Shown: positions 15,097 to 24,329 of the stretch, one piece after another
Layout of the letters: each line of letters opens with the position of its first letter
Numbering within the stretch: position 1 is the stretch's first letter
Source: Candidatus Saccharimonadota bacterium
GTDB lineage: Bacteria; Patescibacteriota; Microgenomatia; UBA1406; GWC2-37-13
Length of the DNA stretch: 32,000 nucleotides
NCBI GenBank assembly: GCA_016700135.1
Contig: CP065004.1
Location: 1,020,001 to 1,052,000 of the forward strand
Reading direction: 5' to 3'
Notes under the pieces: generated by a model
Seen by the model: only the letters and a program-made list of their open reading frames with translations
Told to the model about the DNA's origin: nothing
Databases searched by the model: none
Program-made: the position numbers and the translations under genes

Positions 15097-15188
15097 AATG
15101 TTTCAGATTCTGTCCTCGCTTTCCTCCCACCAGTGCTCATTTCACTGCGCGCTGTCGGGATCCCTCCAGCTCGGCCAACTGAAACATT
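15097..15188. repeat. 92-nt element bounded by perfect 10-bp inverted repeats, in the spacer between the two DUF62-like genes
   Basis: AATGTTTCAG at 15097-15106 and CTGAAACATT at 15179-15188 flank a comparatively GC-rich 72-nt core that includes the palindrome GGGATCCC. Confidence 0.4.
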
Positions 15189-15191
15189 ATT

Positions 15192-15200
15192 TGTTATACT
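15192..15200 (+). promoter_or_regulatory. Extended -10 TGtTATACT, 9 nt upstream of the DUF62-like copy B ATG
   Basis: Plus strand reads TTGTTATACTCATATTTATATG. Confidence 0.35.
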
Positions 15201-15209
15201 CATATTTAT

Positions 15210-16031
15210 ATGAAAAAACTCATTGTAGTCGCCGACTGGGCTGATGATACACTGACATGTCAGGAAATTCGTACCGCCGTTGAAGGATATTCGAATGAAC
15301 CGCAAAAAGTCCGTATTTCTTTTGTCTCCTCTACTCCGTCTACAATCCATACGTCATTTCTTTTGAGGCAGGTTGTTGAAACAGAAGAAAAATACGGCAG
15401 ACCTCTCGAAACCGTGATTTTGCAGAATACTGATCCCCGACTTCATTCGAAGACACCTTTACAAGGATCTCTCGGAGCTGAACTTGTCATTATCCGTTTG
15501 AAATCCGGTATTCACCTCCTAGGACCAAATTCAGGATATGATTATTCGATGCTTTTGGATAAAGTTGATGTTGTCTTTACGTATCCGGGTATGAATAAAG
15601 GCAGTCAGTTCCTTTCACGAGATCTGCATGCACGAATTGCGGCACACCTGATGGAAGCAATGCAGGATGATATGGAACTGGAAGAAGCACATATCGGTAT
15701 TCTCCCCGGCCTTCAGGGTGACTATATCGGACATGTTGACAATTATGGCAATATCAAGACGACCCTACATGAAACTATTTTTAAAGAAAAATATGCATAT
15801 GGAGATGAAATGAATGTCACCATAAACCGAGTTACGAAAAAAGTCCGCTATGTTGACAACTTCTTCGGTGGTAACCGTGGCGAACTGGTCATTTTTCCGG
15901 GTTCATCGGGTGACAGTAGAGATCCGTATCTTGAGATCTCCGTCTGGAGACACTTTGACGAAGAAGATCAAAGTACCGGAGCGGCAATTTTCAACAATGC
16001 CAGACCAGGCATGAAAGTCGTGGTAGAATAA
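15210..16031 (+). CDS. DUF62 / SAM hydroxide adenosyltransferase-like protein, divergent copy B
   Basis: LIVVADWADDTLTCQE, ILQNTDPRLH, LLGPNSGYDYSML (compare GPDNGLL), GHVDNYGNIKTT and VIFPGSSGDSRDPYLEISV. Confidence 0.6.
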   Translation: MKKLIVVADWADDTLTCQEIRTAVEGYSNEPQKVRISFVSSTPSTIHTSFLLRQVVETEEKYGRPLETVILQNTDPRLHSKTPLQGSLGAELVIIRLKSGIHLLGPNSGYDYSMLLDKVDVVFTYPGMNKGSQFLSRDLHARIAAHLMEAMQDDMELEEAHIGILPGLQGDYIGHVDNYGNIKTTLHETIFKEKYAYGDEMNVTINRVTKKVRYVDNFFGGNRGELVIFPGSSGDSRDPYLEISVWRHFDEEDQSTGAAIFNNARPGMKVVVE

Positions 16032-16035
16032 CGAC

Positions 16036-16404
16036 ATGCTGAAGAATCTCCAAAAAAAAATAAACAACAAGTGGTTTTATACTGAGATGCCATGGTGGGG
16101 AAAAATTCTTCTGATATACGTGCGCGGAGATCTTTTTATGATTTTCCCGCTTCTTCTAGTAATCCTGATAATCGGTCTTTTTTCATTCAGATATGCCCTG
16201 CTATCTTTCGGACTTTTGATCGTCGTACGACAGTCCGGTGAGCTTGTATACTGGCTCCTGCAACAGTTCGGTGACAGGAAATATCGTCCGTCTGACTTCG
16301 GTTTCTCTAACCTGGACAATAGCGCCATATATATTCTCTATCAGACCTTTGCAATAGTGGGAATTGTTACGGGGTTACTTCTAGTTCTGACCGTTGTGAA
16401 GTAA
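16036..16404 (+). CDS. Small membrane protein (about 3 TM), hypothetical
   Basis: 122-aa ORF starting 4 nt after copy B. Hydrophobic segments include LFMIFPLLLVILIIGLFSF, LLSFGLLIVV and IYILYQTFAIVGIVTGLLLVL. Confidence 0.5.
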   Translation: MLKNLQKKINNKWFYTEMPWWGKILLIYVRGDLFMIFPLLLVILIIGLFSFRYALLSFGLLIVVRQSGELVYWLLQQFGDRKYRPSDFGFSNLDNSAIYILYQTFAIVGIVTGLLLVLTVVK

Positions 16405-16998
16405 AGCAAGTGCTTTTTGGATTCCTTCATATTGCGAAGGATCGTGTTTGACAAGAACTCCGAATTCTTCTTTGGTAAACATTTCAAAATGAAGATGAGT
16501 CCCCGTTGAATTTCCGGTTGAACCCATGACGCCAATTTCATCTCCCTGTTTGACCGTATCTCCTTCTTTGATACTCATATCGTTTAAATGGGCGTAAAGA
16601 CTGAATACTCCTCCCTCATGTTCGATGACAACGAGTTTTCCGTATCCCCATCCGTACGGACTGGTCATGTATCTCGTATCTTCCGCAAACACCACTGTCC
16701 CGTCTTGGATAGCATAAATGCTCGGATGAGACACCGTTGTGTTTGATGCAAAATCAAGTCCCGGATGAAAAAGTGAATACTCAGTCGAAATATACACTTC
16801 TTCCATTTTCACAGGATAGTACTTCGGTTCTTTGTAGATAACGGGTGGTGCAGGCGGTTCAAACGAAGGCCTGTCGGGAGAGGGAGTCGGACCGATTGCC
16901 GGCTCTGCTGCGACGACCTGAGACATCGAAACACCGGCTACGATAAGTAGCAAGTATGTAAATATGACCAATTGTTTTAATACATGATAAATATGCAT
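16381..16998 (-). CDS. Secreted M23 (LytM-type) metallopeptidase
   Basis: Signal-like N-terminus, then HPGLDFA, GYGKLVVIEHEGGVFSLYAHL and GSTGNSTGTHLHFEM. The 3' end overlaps the convergent membrane-protein gene by 24 nt. Confidence 0.85.
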   Translation of the reverse strand: MHIYHVLKQLVIFTYLLLIVAGVSMSQVVAAEPAIGPTPSPDRPSFEPPAPPVIYKEPKYYPVKMEEVYISTEYSLFHPGLDFASNTTVSHPSIYAIQDGTVVFAEDTRYMTSPYGWGYGKLVVIEHEGGVFSLYAHLNDMSIKEGDTVKQGDEIGVMGSTGNSTGTHLHFEMFTKEEFGVLVKHDPSQYEGIQKALALLHNGQN

Positions 16999-17117
16999 AA
17001 AAAACAGGGAAAAATGAGAAAAAAGAAGAGGTCGCTCATGCTGTATGCGCTAGGCGGACAGATGAAAGAAGACGAATTGGCTGCTCAGTAAATGAGTTGT
17101 TTGAATTTGTTAAATAA

Positions 17118-17151
17118 TTAGTACTTTTAGTCCAGTAACCGGGTTAGGAAG
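17118..17151 (-). other. 16S precursor trailer segment complementary to the leader (processing helix, 3' strand)
   Basis: Plus strand TTAGTACTTTTAGTCCAGTAACCGGGTTAGGAAG matches the reverse complement of 18834-18866. Exceptions are one extra T and three positions that form G.U pairs in the minus-sense RNA. Confidence 0.7.
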
Positions 17152-17240
17152 GTGATAACACTGGTTTCTGAAACCATGCTATCTCCTTCTTAAGTGTAAA
17201 ACTTATTGAAGGGCTTCTAAAATTTTTAAAAAAAAATTAG

Positions 17241-18738
<1,498 letters not shown>

Positions 18739-18833
18739 GTTTAATCCCAAGCGATCTCATTTTACTGAGATGCTTAAAAGATTGAATGTTTTGTTCGGAA
18801 ATTTCCCACTAACCTTTCGGTTTCGCAGGACAA

Positions 18834-18866
18834 CTTCCTAACCCGATTACTAAACTAAAGTACTAA
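18834..18866 (-). other. 16S precursor leader segment complementary to the trailer (processing helix, 5' strand)
   Basis: See 17118-17151. Together they form a helix of about 33 bp that encloses only the 16S gene, roughly 90-95 nt from each mature end. Confidence 0.7.
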
Positions 18867-18933
18867 CTTTTTAATGTGCTCTTTGAAACCGCTTTTGAAA
18901 CAAAAGAAATATTCGCTTCAATAGCGGATCACT

Positions 18934-18962
18934 ATTTTAGACAATCCATAAATGAATGTCAA
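18934..18962 (-). promoter_or_regulatory. 16S rRNA promoter: TTGACA, 17-nt spacer, TAAAAT
   Basis: Minus strand reads TGCTTGACATTCATTTATGGATTGTCTAAAATAGTG, with an A-rich stretch upstream. It lies about 190 nt upstream of the mature 16S 5' end and about 100 bp from the IS end. Confidence 0.65.
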
Positions 18963-19050
18963 GCATTCTTTTTGGAGGCAGTATAGAAGAATTTCTACTT
19001 TCCTCTTCACAAGAAGTGTATTGCTATTATATTGTGTGACTGAGGTAAAG

Positions 19051-20134
19051 TCAACTGGATGTATGAGTTCCATACATATGGCACTCTTTAGGTAAAATAG
19101 ATAATAGGTAATCCATAGGTGAAATATTGTTCAGGCTTTTGTGAACTCGCTTTGTATTGTACCAGACGAGGTATTCAATAAGGTGACGATTGAATGATCC
19201 GATACCGGTCCACTTGGTATAGATGTAGGGGTTCATAAATTCTTCCTGGAGTGTTCTGTTTGCTCGCTCAATAAAGGCATTGATCTTGGGACATCTGGGG
19301 TAGATAAAGAGGTGTGGGATATTGTTTTCTTCCAGATAGTCATGGAAGTTTCCCAGATACTCGAGGCCGTTATCTGTTTGTATGGTTTTTATACCATCTT
19401 GTATTGGGTATACTAGTTCCAGTCTTCTCATAAAATCAGCACCGTTTCGGCTGTTGAGTTTTGAGTATCCGTAGGAGAACTGGAATTTGAGTTTGATGTC
19501 CACTGCATTGAAGACATACAGCTTGATTCCGTGTACAAACTTCGTGATGGTATCAATCTCAATGTATCCGGTATCTTCCACGCCAGGGAGACCGCTTGAC
19601 CTTCTGTCGGTACTTTACTTTCCGTTTTGCAAAGCCACTTGCTGGATTGTGATAGATCCGGTAGGTCTTGCGCTGCAGGTTGTGTCTTTTGATCACTTTT
19701 CCAATGGTTGACTCAGATATAGTTGAAATTCCTTCCTGTAGGCAATACTCATCAAGTAAGGGCTTGATCTTCTCCTTTCCCAAACAAAAGTATTGTTCTC
19801 GAATCTCTTTGATAAAGGATATGACCTTCAGGTGAGTCTCCATACGTCAGGGTGTCTTTGGCTTGGTTGTCTCTGGTATCAGGCTATCCAACTGCCCTTC
19901 TGAATCTCGCCGTCTCTTCCTCCATCGAAACAATGTCCTTCGTGATATCCCATATGCATCAACTGCAGCTTGTATCCCGTACTTCTCTGCAAATGTCAGA
20001 ACATCGTTTCTGATTTGTGCTACATCTGACTGATTGTAGTCTGATAGAGATCGTATCTTTTTCATAAGATCTCTATTGTACTGCCAGTCATAACTCCTAA
20101 TTACTCGAAGCTGATCTCCTCCCCATTTACTCAT
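19051..20134 (-). pseudogene. DDE (rve-type) transposase interrupted by one in-frame TGA and one frameshift
   Basis: Three ORF pieces: an HTH part (20134-19847), a middle part in the same frame after TGA (19849-19847), and the catalytic part (19581-19051) in a different frame. The catalytic part carries IEIDT, QTDNGLEY and IERANRTLQEEF as D, D, E candidates. Confidence 0.65.
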
Positions 20135-20178
20135 AGATGTTAGTTCCCTATGAGTGCCATATCTTTCGTAACTTATTC
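19063..20178 (-). mobile_element. Insertion sequence, ~1.1 kb, IS481/IS3-type (DDE rve transposase)
   Basis: Imperfect ~25-30-bp terminal inverted repeats share the core ATATGGCACTC (19076-19086) / GAGTGCCATAT (20151-20161). Flanked by the direct repeat ACTGGATGT at 19054-19062 and 20179-20187. Ends are uncertain by about 2 nt. Confidence 0.7.
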
Positions 20179-20321
20179 ACTGGATGTGCAGTGAGTATTC
20201 ATGGTCAGTTTTCAAGTCGCTCGTAACCGAAAATTTGTTCGGAAGTGAACTCGCACTAAGTGTGTCAGCTCAAACATCCACTTCACTCACAAATTTTGAT
20301 TACTTCGCTTATCACAAGGAA

Positions 20322-21383
20322 TCAATATGTAGGAGCCGCGATCTTGTAAATGGTCTCATTGTCCTGATCCAGCCGCATCATGCCGTAGATTGTCGCGTCA
20401 GCATAATGTTCGACTACGTACGTATCGATTTTGAGTTCCTGGTGAAAATACTGTTCAATCCCCGGGACACCGGCAATTTTCCCGGTGAGTGCGATACCGT
20501 TTTTGAAAATGGCGTCAGCGACCTCCGGCTGAGAGCCTTCGATAAGCTCCCGTGTTGCATCAATCACCTGATGAAACTGACTGATCAGAGCCTCACGTAT
20601 ATCTGAAGTTTTTAGTTTAATTGATTTCGGCAGTCCTGTTTCCAGTGATTTTCCTCTTACCGTGATAGTCTCTTCCTTATCGGTAAAGTTCAACAGTTCA
20701 ATTTTGATATTCTCACAGGTATTCTCACCCAAAACAATTCCATGTTTGAGATACATATAGTGTGCGATCTGCTTGTTCATATGTTCTCCGGCATTCTTGA
20801 GAACCTTTTGTCCGACAATTCCACCGCCTGAGACGACACTGACTTCCAGTAATCCACCACCAAGGTCAATTACCATCTGAGGTTCATGAGAAAAAATATT
20901 GAAACCGCAGCCTGCAGCGGTAGCCAAAGCACGCTCGACTATGGTCACTTGCGTGCAGCCTGATTTTTGTAATGATTCTTCAACGGCTTTACGCTCGATT
21001 TCAGTTGCAATTGAAGGTGTCGCCGCAACGGCATGAATGGGAGGCTTAATCAGTGCATACTGATCAAGATACGGTTTGATCGCTGTCTCCATACTGTATC
21101 TGAGAAAAGAGACTTCTGCGTCAAAATCCGCTAAAATTCCGTTTGTCACTGGCCTTACGATATGCAGAAAATCAGGTGTTTTCCCTTGAATAGTCTTTGC
21201 TTCCGTGCCGAAAAACATATATTCCTTTGTTTTTGCGTTGTATCCGAGGTATGTGGGTTCACGGTATACGACGCCTTTCTTTTTCACGGCAATTCTTGTG
21301 TTTGTTGTACCGAGATCAAAGTATGCCTTGAATGAAGAGAAAAATGGAACTCGTATGTTTTTGAGATTGTTTATAATGGACAT
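20322..21383 (-). CDS. mreB: Rod-shape / actin-like protein MreB
   Basis: FDLGTTNTRIAV, IVRPVTNGILADFD, AVAATPSIATEIERKAVEES, MVIDLGGGLLEVSVVS and GENTCENIKIEL. The start is set at ATG 21383. Ends with TGA. Confidence 0.85.
   Translation of the reverse strand: MSIINNLKNIRVPFFSSFKAYFDLGTTNTRIAVKKKGVVYREPTYLGYNAKTKEYMFFGTEAKTIQGKTPDFLHIVRPVTNGILADFDAEVSFLRYSMETAIKPYLDQYALIKPPIHAVAATPSIATEIERKAVEESLQKSGCTQVTIVERALATAAGCGFNIFSHEPQMVIDLGGGLLEVSVVSGGGIVGQKVLKNAGEHMNKQIAHYMYLKHGIVLGENTCENIKIELLNFTDKEETITVRGKSLETGLPKSIKLKTSDIREALISQFHQVIDATRELIEGSQPEVADAIFKNGIALTGKIAGVPGIEQYFHQELKIDTYVVEHYADATIYGMMRLDQDNETIYKIAAPTY
21372..21377 (+). promoter_or_regulatory. -10 hexamer TATAAT, 7 nt upstream of ATG 21385 (leaderless-type)
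   Basis: Plus strand reads TTGTTTATAATGGACATTATGCTC. Confidence 0.4.
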
Positions 21384-21384
21384 T

Positions 21385-23406
21385 ATGCTCAATAAATTTC
21401 AAACTTCTGATTTTATGAATCGTACGATTCGTTTTCTGTATTATCTTCTTTTTCTTCTGACACCGCTTCTGATGAGTGCCAGAACCACAGAGATGTTCGA
21501 GTTCAATAAAATTATCTTTATTTATACAATATCAATACTCGCCAGTACAGTCTGGATAATTCATTATATCTTACACCGGCCGAAATTGTATCTGCCAAAA
21601 CTGCTGTACGTATTGTTATTCTTTCTCGGAACGCAGCTCCTCTCTTCGTTTTTTTCAATTGATACGCATACGTCACTGTTCGGATATTACGGCCGGTGGA
21701 ACGGCGGACTCTTGTCAATAGCTTCCTATACTGCTCTCTTTTTTGTATTTATTCAAAGTTTCGGGAGAAAAGATGTTGCAAACCTTTTGCAAACTTCTTT
21801 AATGGCTTCGGTTGTCGTCATATTGTGGGGACTTCCGGCAAAATTCGGCGGAGATTTGTCCTGCCTAGTCTTTACGGGTGAATTCACTAATGCATGCTGG
21901 ACGGCTCAGTTTCAGCCGGCACTTCGCATGTTCTCTACTCTCGGTCAGCCGAACTGGCTCGGAGCATATCTAGCCGTTCACTTTTTCATAGGGTTATATT
22001 TTCTCTTCGATACAATTATCGAAAACAAAGACCCTATCTATACACTGAAAGGCATAAAGGAACGTCTGATGAGGCTCGTTCATCTTGTTTTTAGGGAAAA
22101 GAGAGTTAATTGGCTGTCATATCTTTACGGCGGATATCTTGTTTTGAACCTTTTAGCAATACTTTTTACCAGGTCACGGTCGTCTCTACTAGCAGTTGCT
22201 TTGAGCATGCTTATCGGAGGTATCCTCCTGATTACGGATCAGGCTCAATCAAAACTGAGATTCCTGTATAGAAGTATTCTTATTACCGCAGTATTAGTAA
22301 CAAGCTATTTTATAGTTTCAATCACCAGTTCAAGTTTGCCGACTGATACGCCGGAACACCTTCAGGTTACCGATTCTTTTCAAATTCGACAAGTAGTATG
22401 GAAAGGAGCACTCGAACTCGGACTGCGATATCCTTTATTCGGTACCGGGCCGGAGACGTTTGCCTATTCATATTACTTTACCCGTCCTCTTGAGCACAAC
22501 CTTACCTCAGAATGGGATTTTATTTACAACAAAGCACATAATGAGTTTCTGAACTATTTTGCAACGACAGGATTTATCGGATTTGCCGGATATCTTGCAT
22601 TTATTGGATATGCGATTTATACAATATCCCGTGAAAAAGCTGAACTGCGGTCGGTTAGTTTTCTGATGGCTTATATCACCATTCTGATTACCAACTTCTT
22701 TGGATTTTCGACATCAACACAACAGCTTTTCCTCTATTTACTACCTGCCGCGATCCTGGCTGCCGGTACCCAAAAGGATGAAATGAAGTCGGCAGGAAGG
22801 CTTGCAAAGCTCCAGGCAGTTGCAGCTTTTGGCGTGGGATTATTCCTTTTATGGAATACTTGGCACTATTATCAGGCCGACAGACTGTATAAGCTTGCTC
22901 AGGAAGCAGAAGGAGAAAACGATTATCAGACTGCTTCCCAGTATTACATAAGGGCAATTGATAAGAAGTATGAACATGTCTATGAAGACAAGCTTTCAAC
23001 CGCGCTAGCTCAACTTGCTTTCCTGACATCTTTCGGCGGAGATGCCTCTTCAGCACCTGATCTGATTGCGCTGTCCCGTGATTCAAACACCAGTGCTCTT
23101 CAACACTCTCCGGATAATCTCCAATACTGGCGTACCAAAGCGAAAAATAACTATATCTATTATCAGATGACCGGTGACATCAACGATCTGAAACGTTCAG
23201 TTGACAGTATGAGATATACGACAGTTATTGCCCCGACTGATGCGCAGAGCTACTACATGCTCGGACTTTTTTATTCGCTTCTTGACCAGGAAGTTGAGAC
23301 GGATGAGTATCACCAGAAAGCCGTCGAATCAGTAGAGTATGCCATCAAACTGCGCCCCAACTTCATAGAGGCTCAGGAGCTACTCGGACAGATAAAGAGT
23401 GAGTGA
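21385..23406 (+). CDS. O-antigen ligase/polymerase (Wzy_C)-like polytopic membrane protein with a C-terminal TPR-like region
   Basis: Many TM segments, the AHNEFLNYFATTGFIGFAGYL signature, and C-terminal repeats (YYQADRLYKLAQEAEGENDYQTASQYYIRAI..., AQSYYMLGLFYS...AVESVEYAIKLRP). The start is uncertain between 21385 and 21415; the ORF-track start at 21205 overlaps mreB. Confidence 0.7.
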   Translation: MLNKFQTSDFMNRTIRFLYYLLFLLTPLLMSARTTEMFEFNKIIFIYTISILASTVWIIHYILHRPKLYLPKLLYVLLFFLGTQLLSSFFSIDTHTSLFGYYGRWNGGLLSIASYTALFFVFIQSFGRKDVANLLQTSLMASVVVILWGLPAKFGGDLSCLVFTGEFTNACWTAQFQPALRMFSTLGQPNWLGAYLAVHFFIGLYFLFDTIIENKDPIYTLKGIKERLMRLVHLVFREKRVNWLSYLYGGYLVLNLLAILFTRSRSSLLAVALSMLIGGILLITDQAQSKLRFLYRSILITAVLVTSYFIVSITSSSLPTDTPEHLQVTDSFQIRQVVWKGALELGLRYPLFGTGPETFAYSYYFTRPLEHNLTSEWDFIYNKAHNEFLNYFATTGFIGFAGYLAFIGYAIYTISREKAELRSVSFLMAYITILITNFFGFSTSTQQLFLYLLPAAILAAGTQKDEMKSAGRLAKLQAVAAFGVGLFLLWNTWHYYQADRLYKLAQEAEGENDYQTASQYYIRAIDKKYEHVYEDKLSTALAQLAFLTSFGGDASSAPDLIALSRDSNTSALQHSPDNLQYWRTKAKNNYIYYQMTGDINDLKRSVDSMRYTTVIAPTDAQSYYMLGLFYSLLDQEVETDEYHQKAVESVEYAIKLRPNFIEAQELLGQIKSE

Positions 23407-23439
23407 ACGAGATACTATCTTACATAGTCACAATGTAAT

Positions 23440-23526
23440 GTCATTCCCGTGAAAACGGGAATCCCTTATAAAACAGGATGACACCAGTTTTCAGTATCCT
23501 GGATCCCCGATCAGGTCGGGGATGAC
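23440..23526. repeat. Cluster of GTCATYCC...GGRATCC hairpin modules between convergent genes
   Basis: 23440-23465 reads GTCATTCCCGTGAAAACGGGAATCCC (7-bp stem). 23474-23501 reads CAGGAT...ATCCTG. The reverse complement of 23501-23526 reads GTCATCCCCGACCTGATCGGGGATCC (8-bp stem). Confidence 0.55.
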
Positions 23527-23655
23527 AACTGTATCGGTGGAAGCAGAAACTAATACAGCATTAAATTACTAGGGTACTCGCCCGCAGCCTACATAGTCTG
23601 CATATGACAAACTAGCTCTAACATCATTAAATAATAGCTCATTATTATTTTCTAC

Positions 23656-23683
23656 AAAAAAAAAGCGGGCATTTCTGCCCGCT
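23656..23683 (-). terminator. Intrinsic terminator of the major pilin gene
   Basis: Minus-sense AGCGGGCA-GAAA-TGCCCGCT followed by nine T residues, starting 21 nt after the pilin stop codon. Confidence 0.8.
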
Positions 23684-23704
23684 TGTCAAGTTTCAATGAA
23701 AAGA

Positions 23705-24256
23705 TTAGAGGATGTTTCCGTTGTCGTCTGTAAAGATCTCAAACCATCCGGCATCATCGCCTCCGTCCTGTGTAACTTTCTGTTCATTTGCCTGTGATTC
23801 CTGGCGGACACGGATTTCATAATCCGTCGATCCTGCTCCGTCGACACGGAATTCGTATCGTGTGGCACCGCTCGCTTGAGTACCTGCACCAGTTACGACC
23901 TCTCGGTTTCGGCCGTTTGTCGGATCGGTCGGAATGGTATTTGCATAATCGCACAAGTTCACGTTGAACCAGTTGTTGCTGCATGAATGGACAGTAGTTG
24001 TTCCTCCGACCTGGGTGCTGTTGATACCTGCTGCCACTGACCAGCCGGCAGGAATATTGTTTGTAGGATCGGCAATGTATTGTTCAATAACTGTCTGAAG
24101 GGTCTGGGCATCACGTATTCTTTTTGCATCTCTTGATTTCCGCTGCGCTTCTGCAGGATTCAATGAAACCATCAAAGTAACGGCAAGTATTCCAATGATT
24201 CCTATTACGATGAGAAGCTCGACAAGTGTGAAAGCTTTCTCCGATATATTTTTCAT
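23705..24256 (-). CDS. Type IV pilin / Com-type major pilin
   Basis: Class III signal MKNISEKA-FTLVELLIVIGIIGILAV with Glu at +5 and Ala at -1. Has its own promoter and terminator. Confidence 0.85.
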   Translation of the reverse strand: MKNISEKAFTLVELLIVIGIIGILAVTLMVSLNPAEAQRKSRDAKRIRDAQTLQTVIEQYIADPTNNIPAGWSVAAGINSTQVGGTTTVHSCSNNWFNVNLCDYANTIPTDPTNGRNREVVTGAGTQASGATRYEFRVDGAGSTDYEIRVRQESQANEQKVTQDGGDDAGWFEIFTDDNGNIL

Positions 24257-24296
24257 AATAAAATGTATATGTAGAATAAGTAATGTCTATTACTAC

Positions 24297-24324
24297 TTTA
24301 TAATACTTTGTAAACCTTTGTCAA
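24297..24324 (-). promoter_or_regulatory. Major pilin promoter: TTGACA, 16-nt spacer, TATAAA
   Basis: Minus strand reads CACTTGACAAAGGTTTACAAAGTATTATAAAGTAG, immediately after the pilC stop codon. Confidence 0.55.
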
Positions 24325-24329
24325 GTGGT

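Noticed and set aside
17127-17177. 16-codon mini-ORF with a strong AAGGAG-N5-ATG in the 16S trailer
   Set aside because: It lies within the rRNA precursor and runs through the processing-helix strand. It is very short and has no supporting evidence, so it is most likely a fortuitous SD-like purine run.
19847-19849. Genome-wide UGA recoding (code 4 or 25), suggested by the in-frame TGA in the transposase
   Set aside because: TGA terminates several intact, full-length genes here: the HAD hydrolase at 9791-9793, mreB at 20322-20324, the ligase-like gene at 23404-23406, the holB-like gene and a pilin-like gene. The long housekeeping ORFs are intact under the standard code.
21205-21384. 5' extension of the ligase-like ORF, and similar long upstream extensions at 14191, 29036, 30506, 3536 and 4062
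   Set aside because: The extensions overlap neighbouring genes or lack family-typical N-termini. Internal ATGs give canonical N-termini (TD motif, class III signal peptides, P-loop near the start) and sit next to promoter-like hexamers or upstream stop codons.
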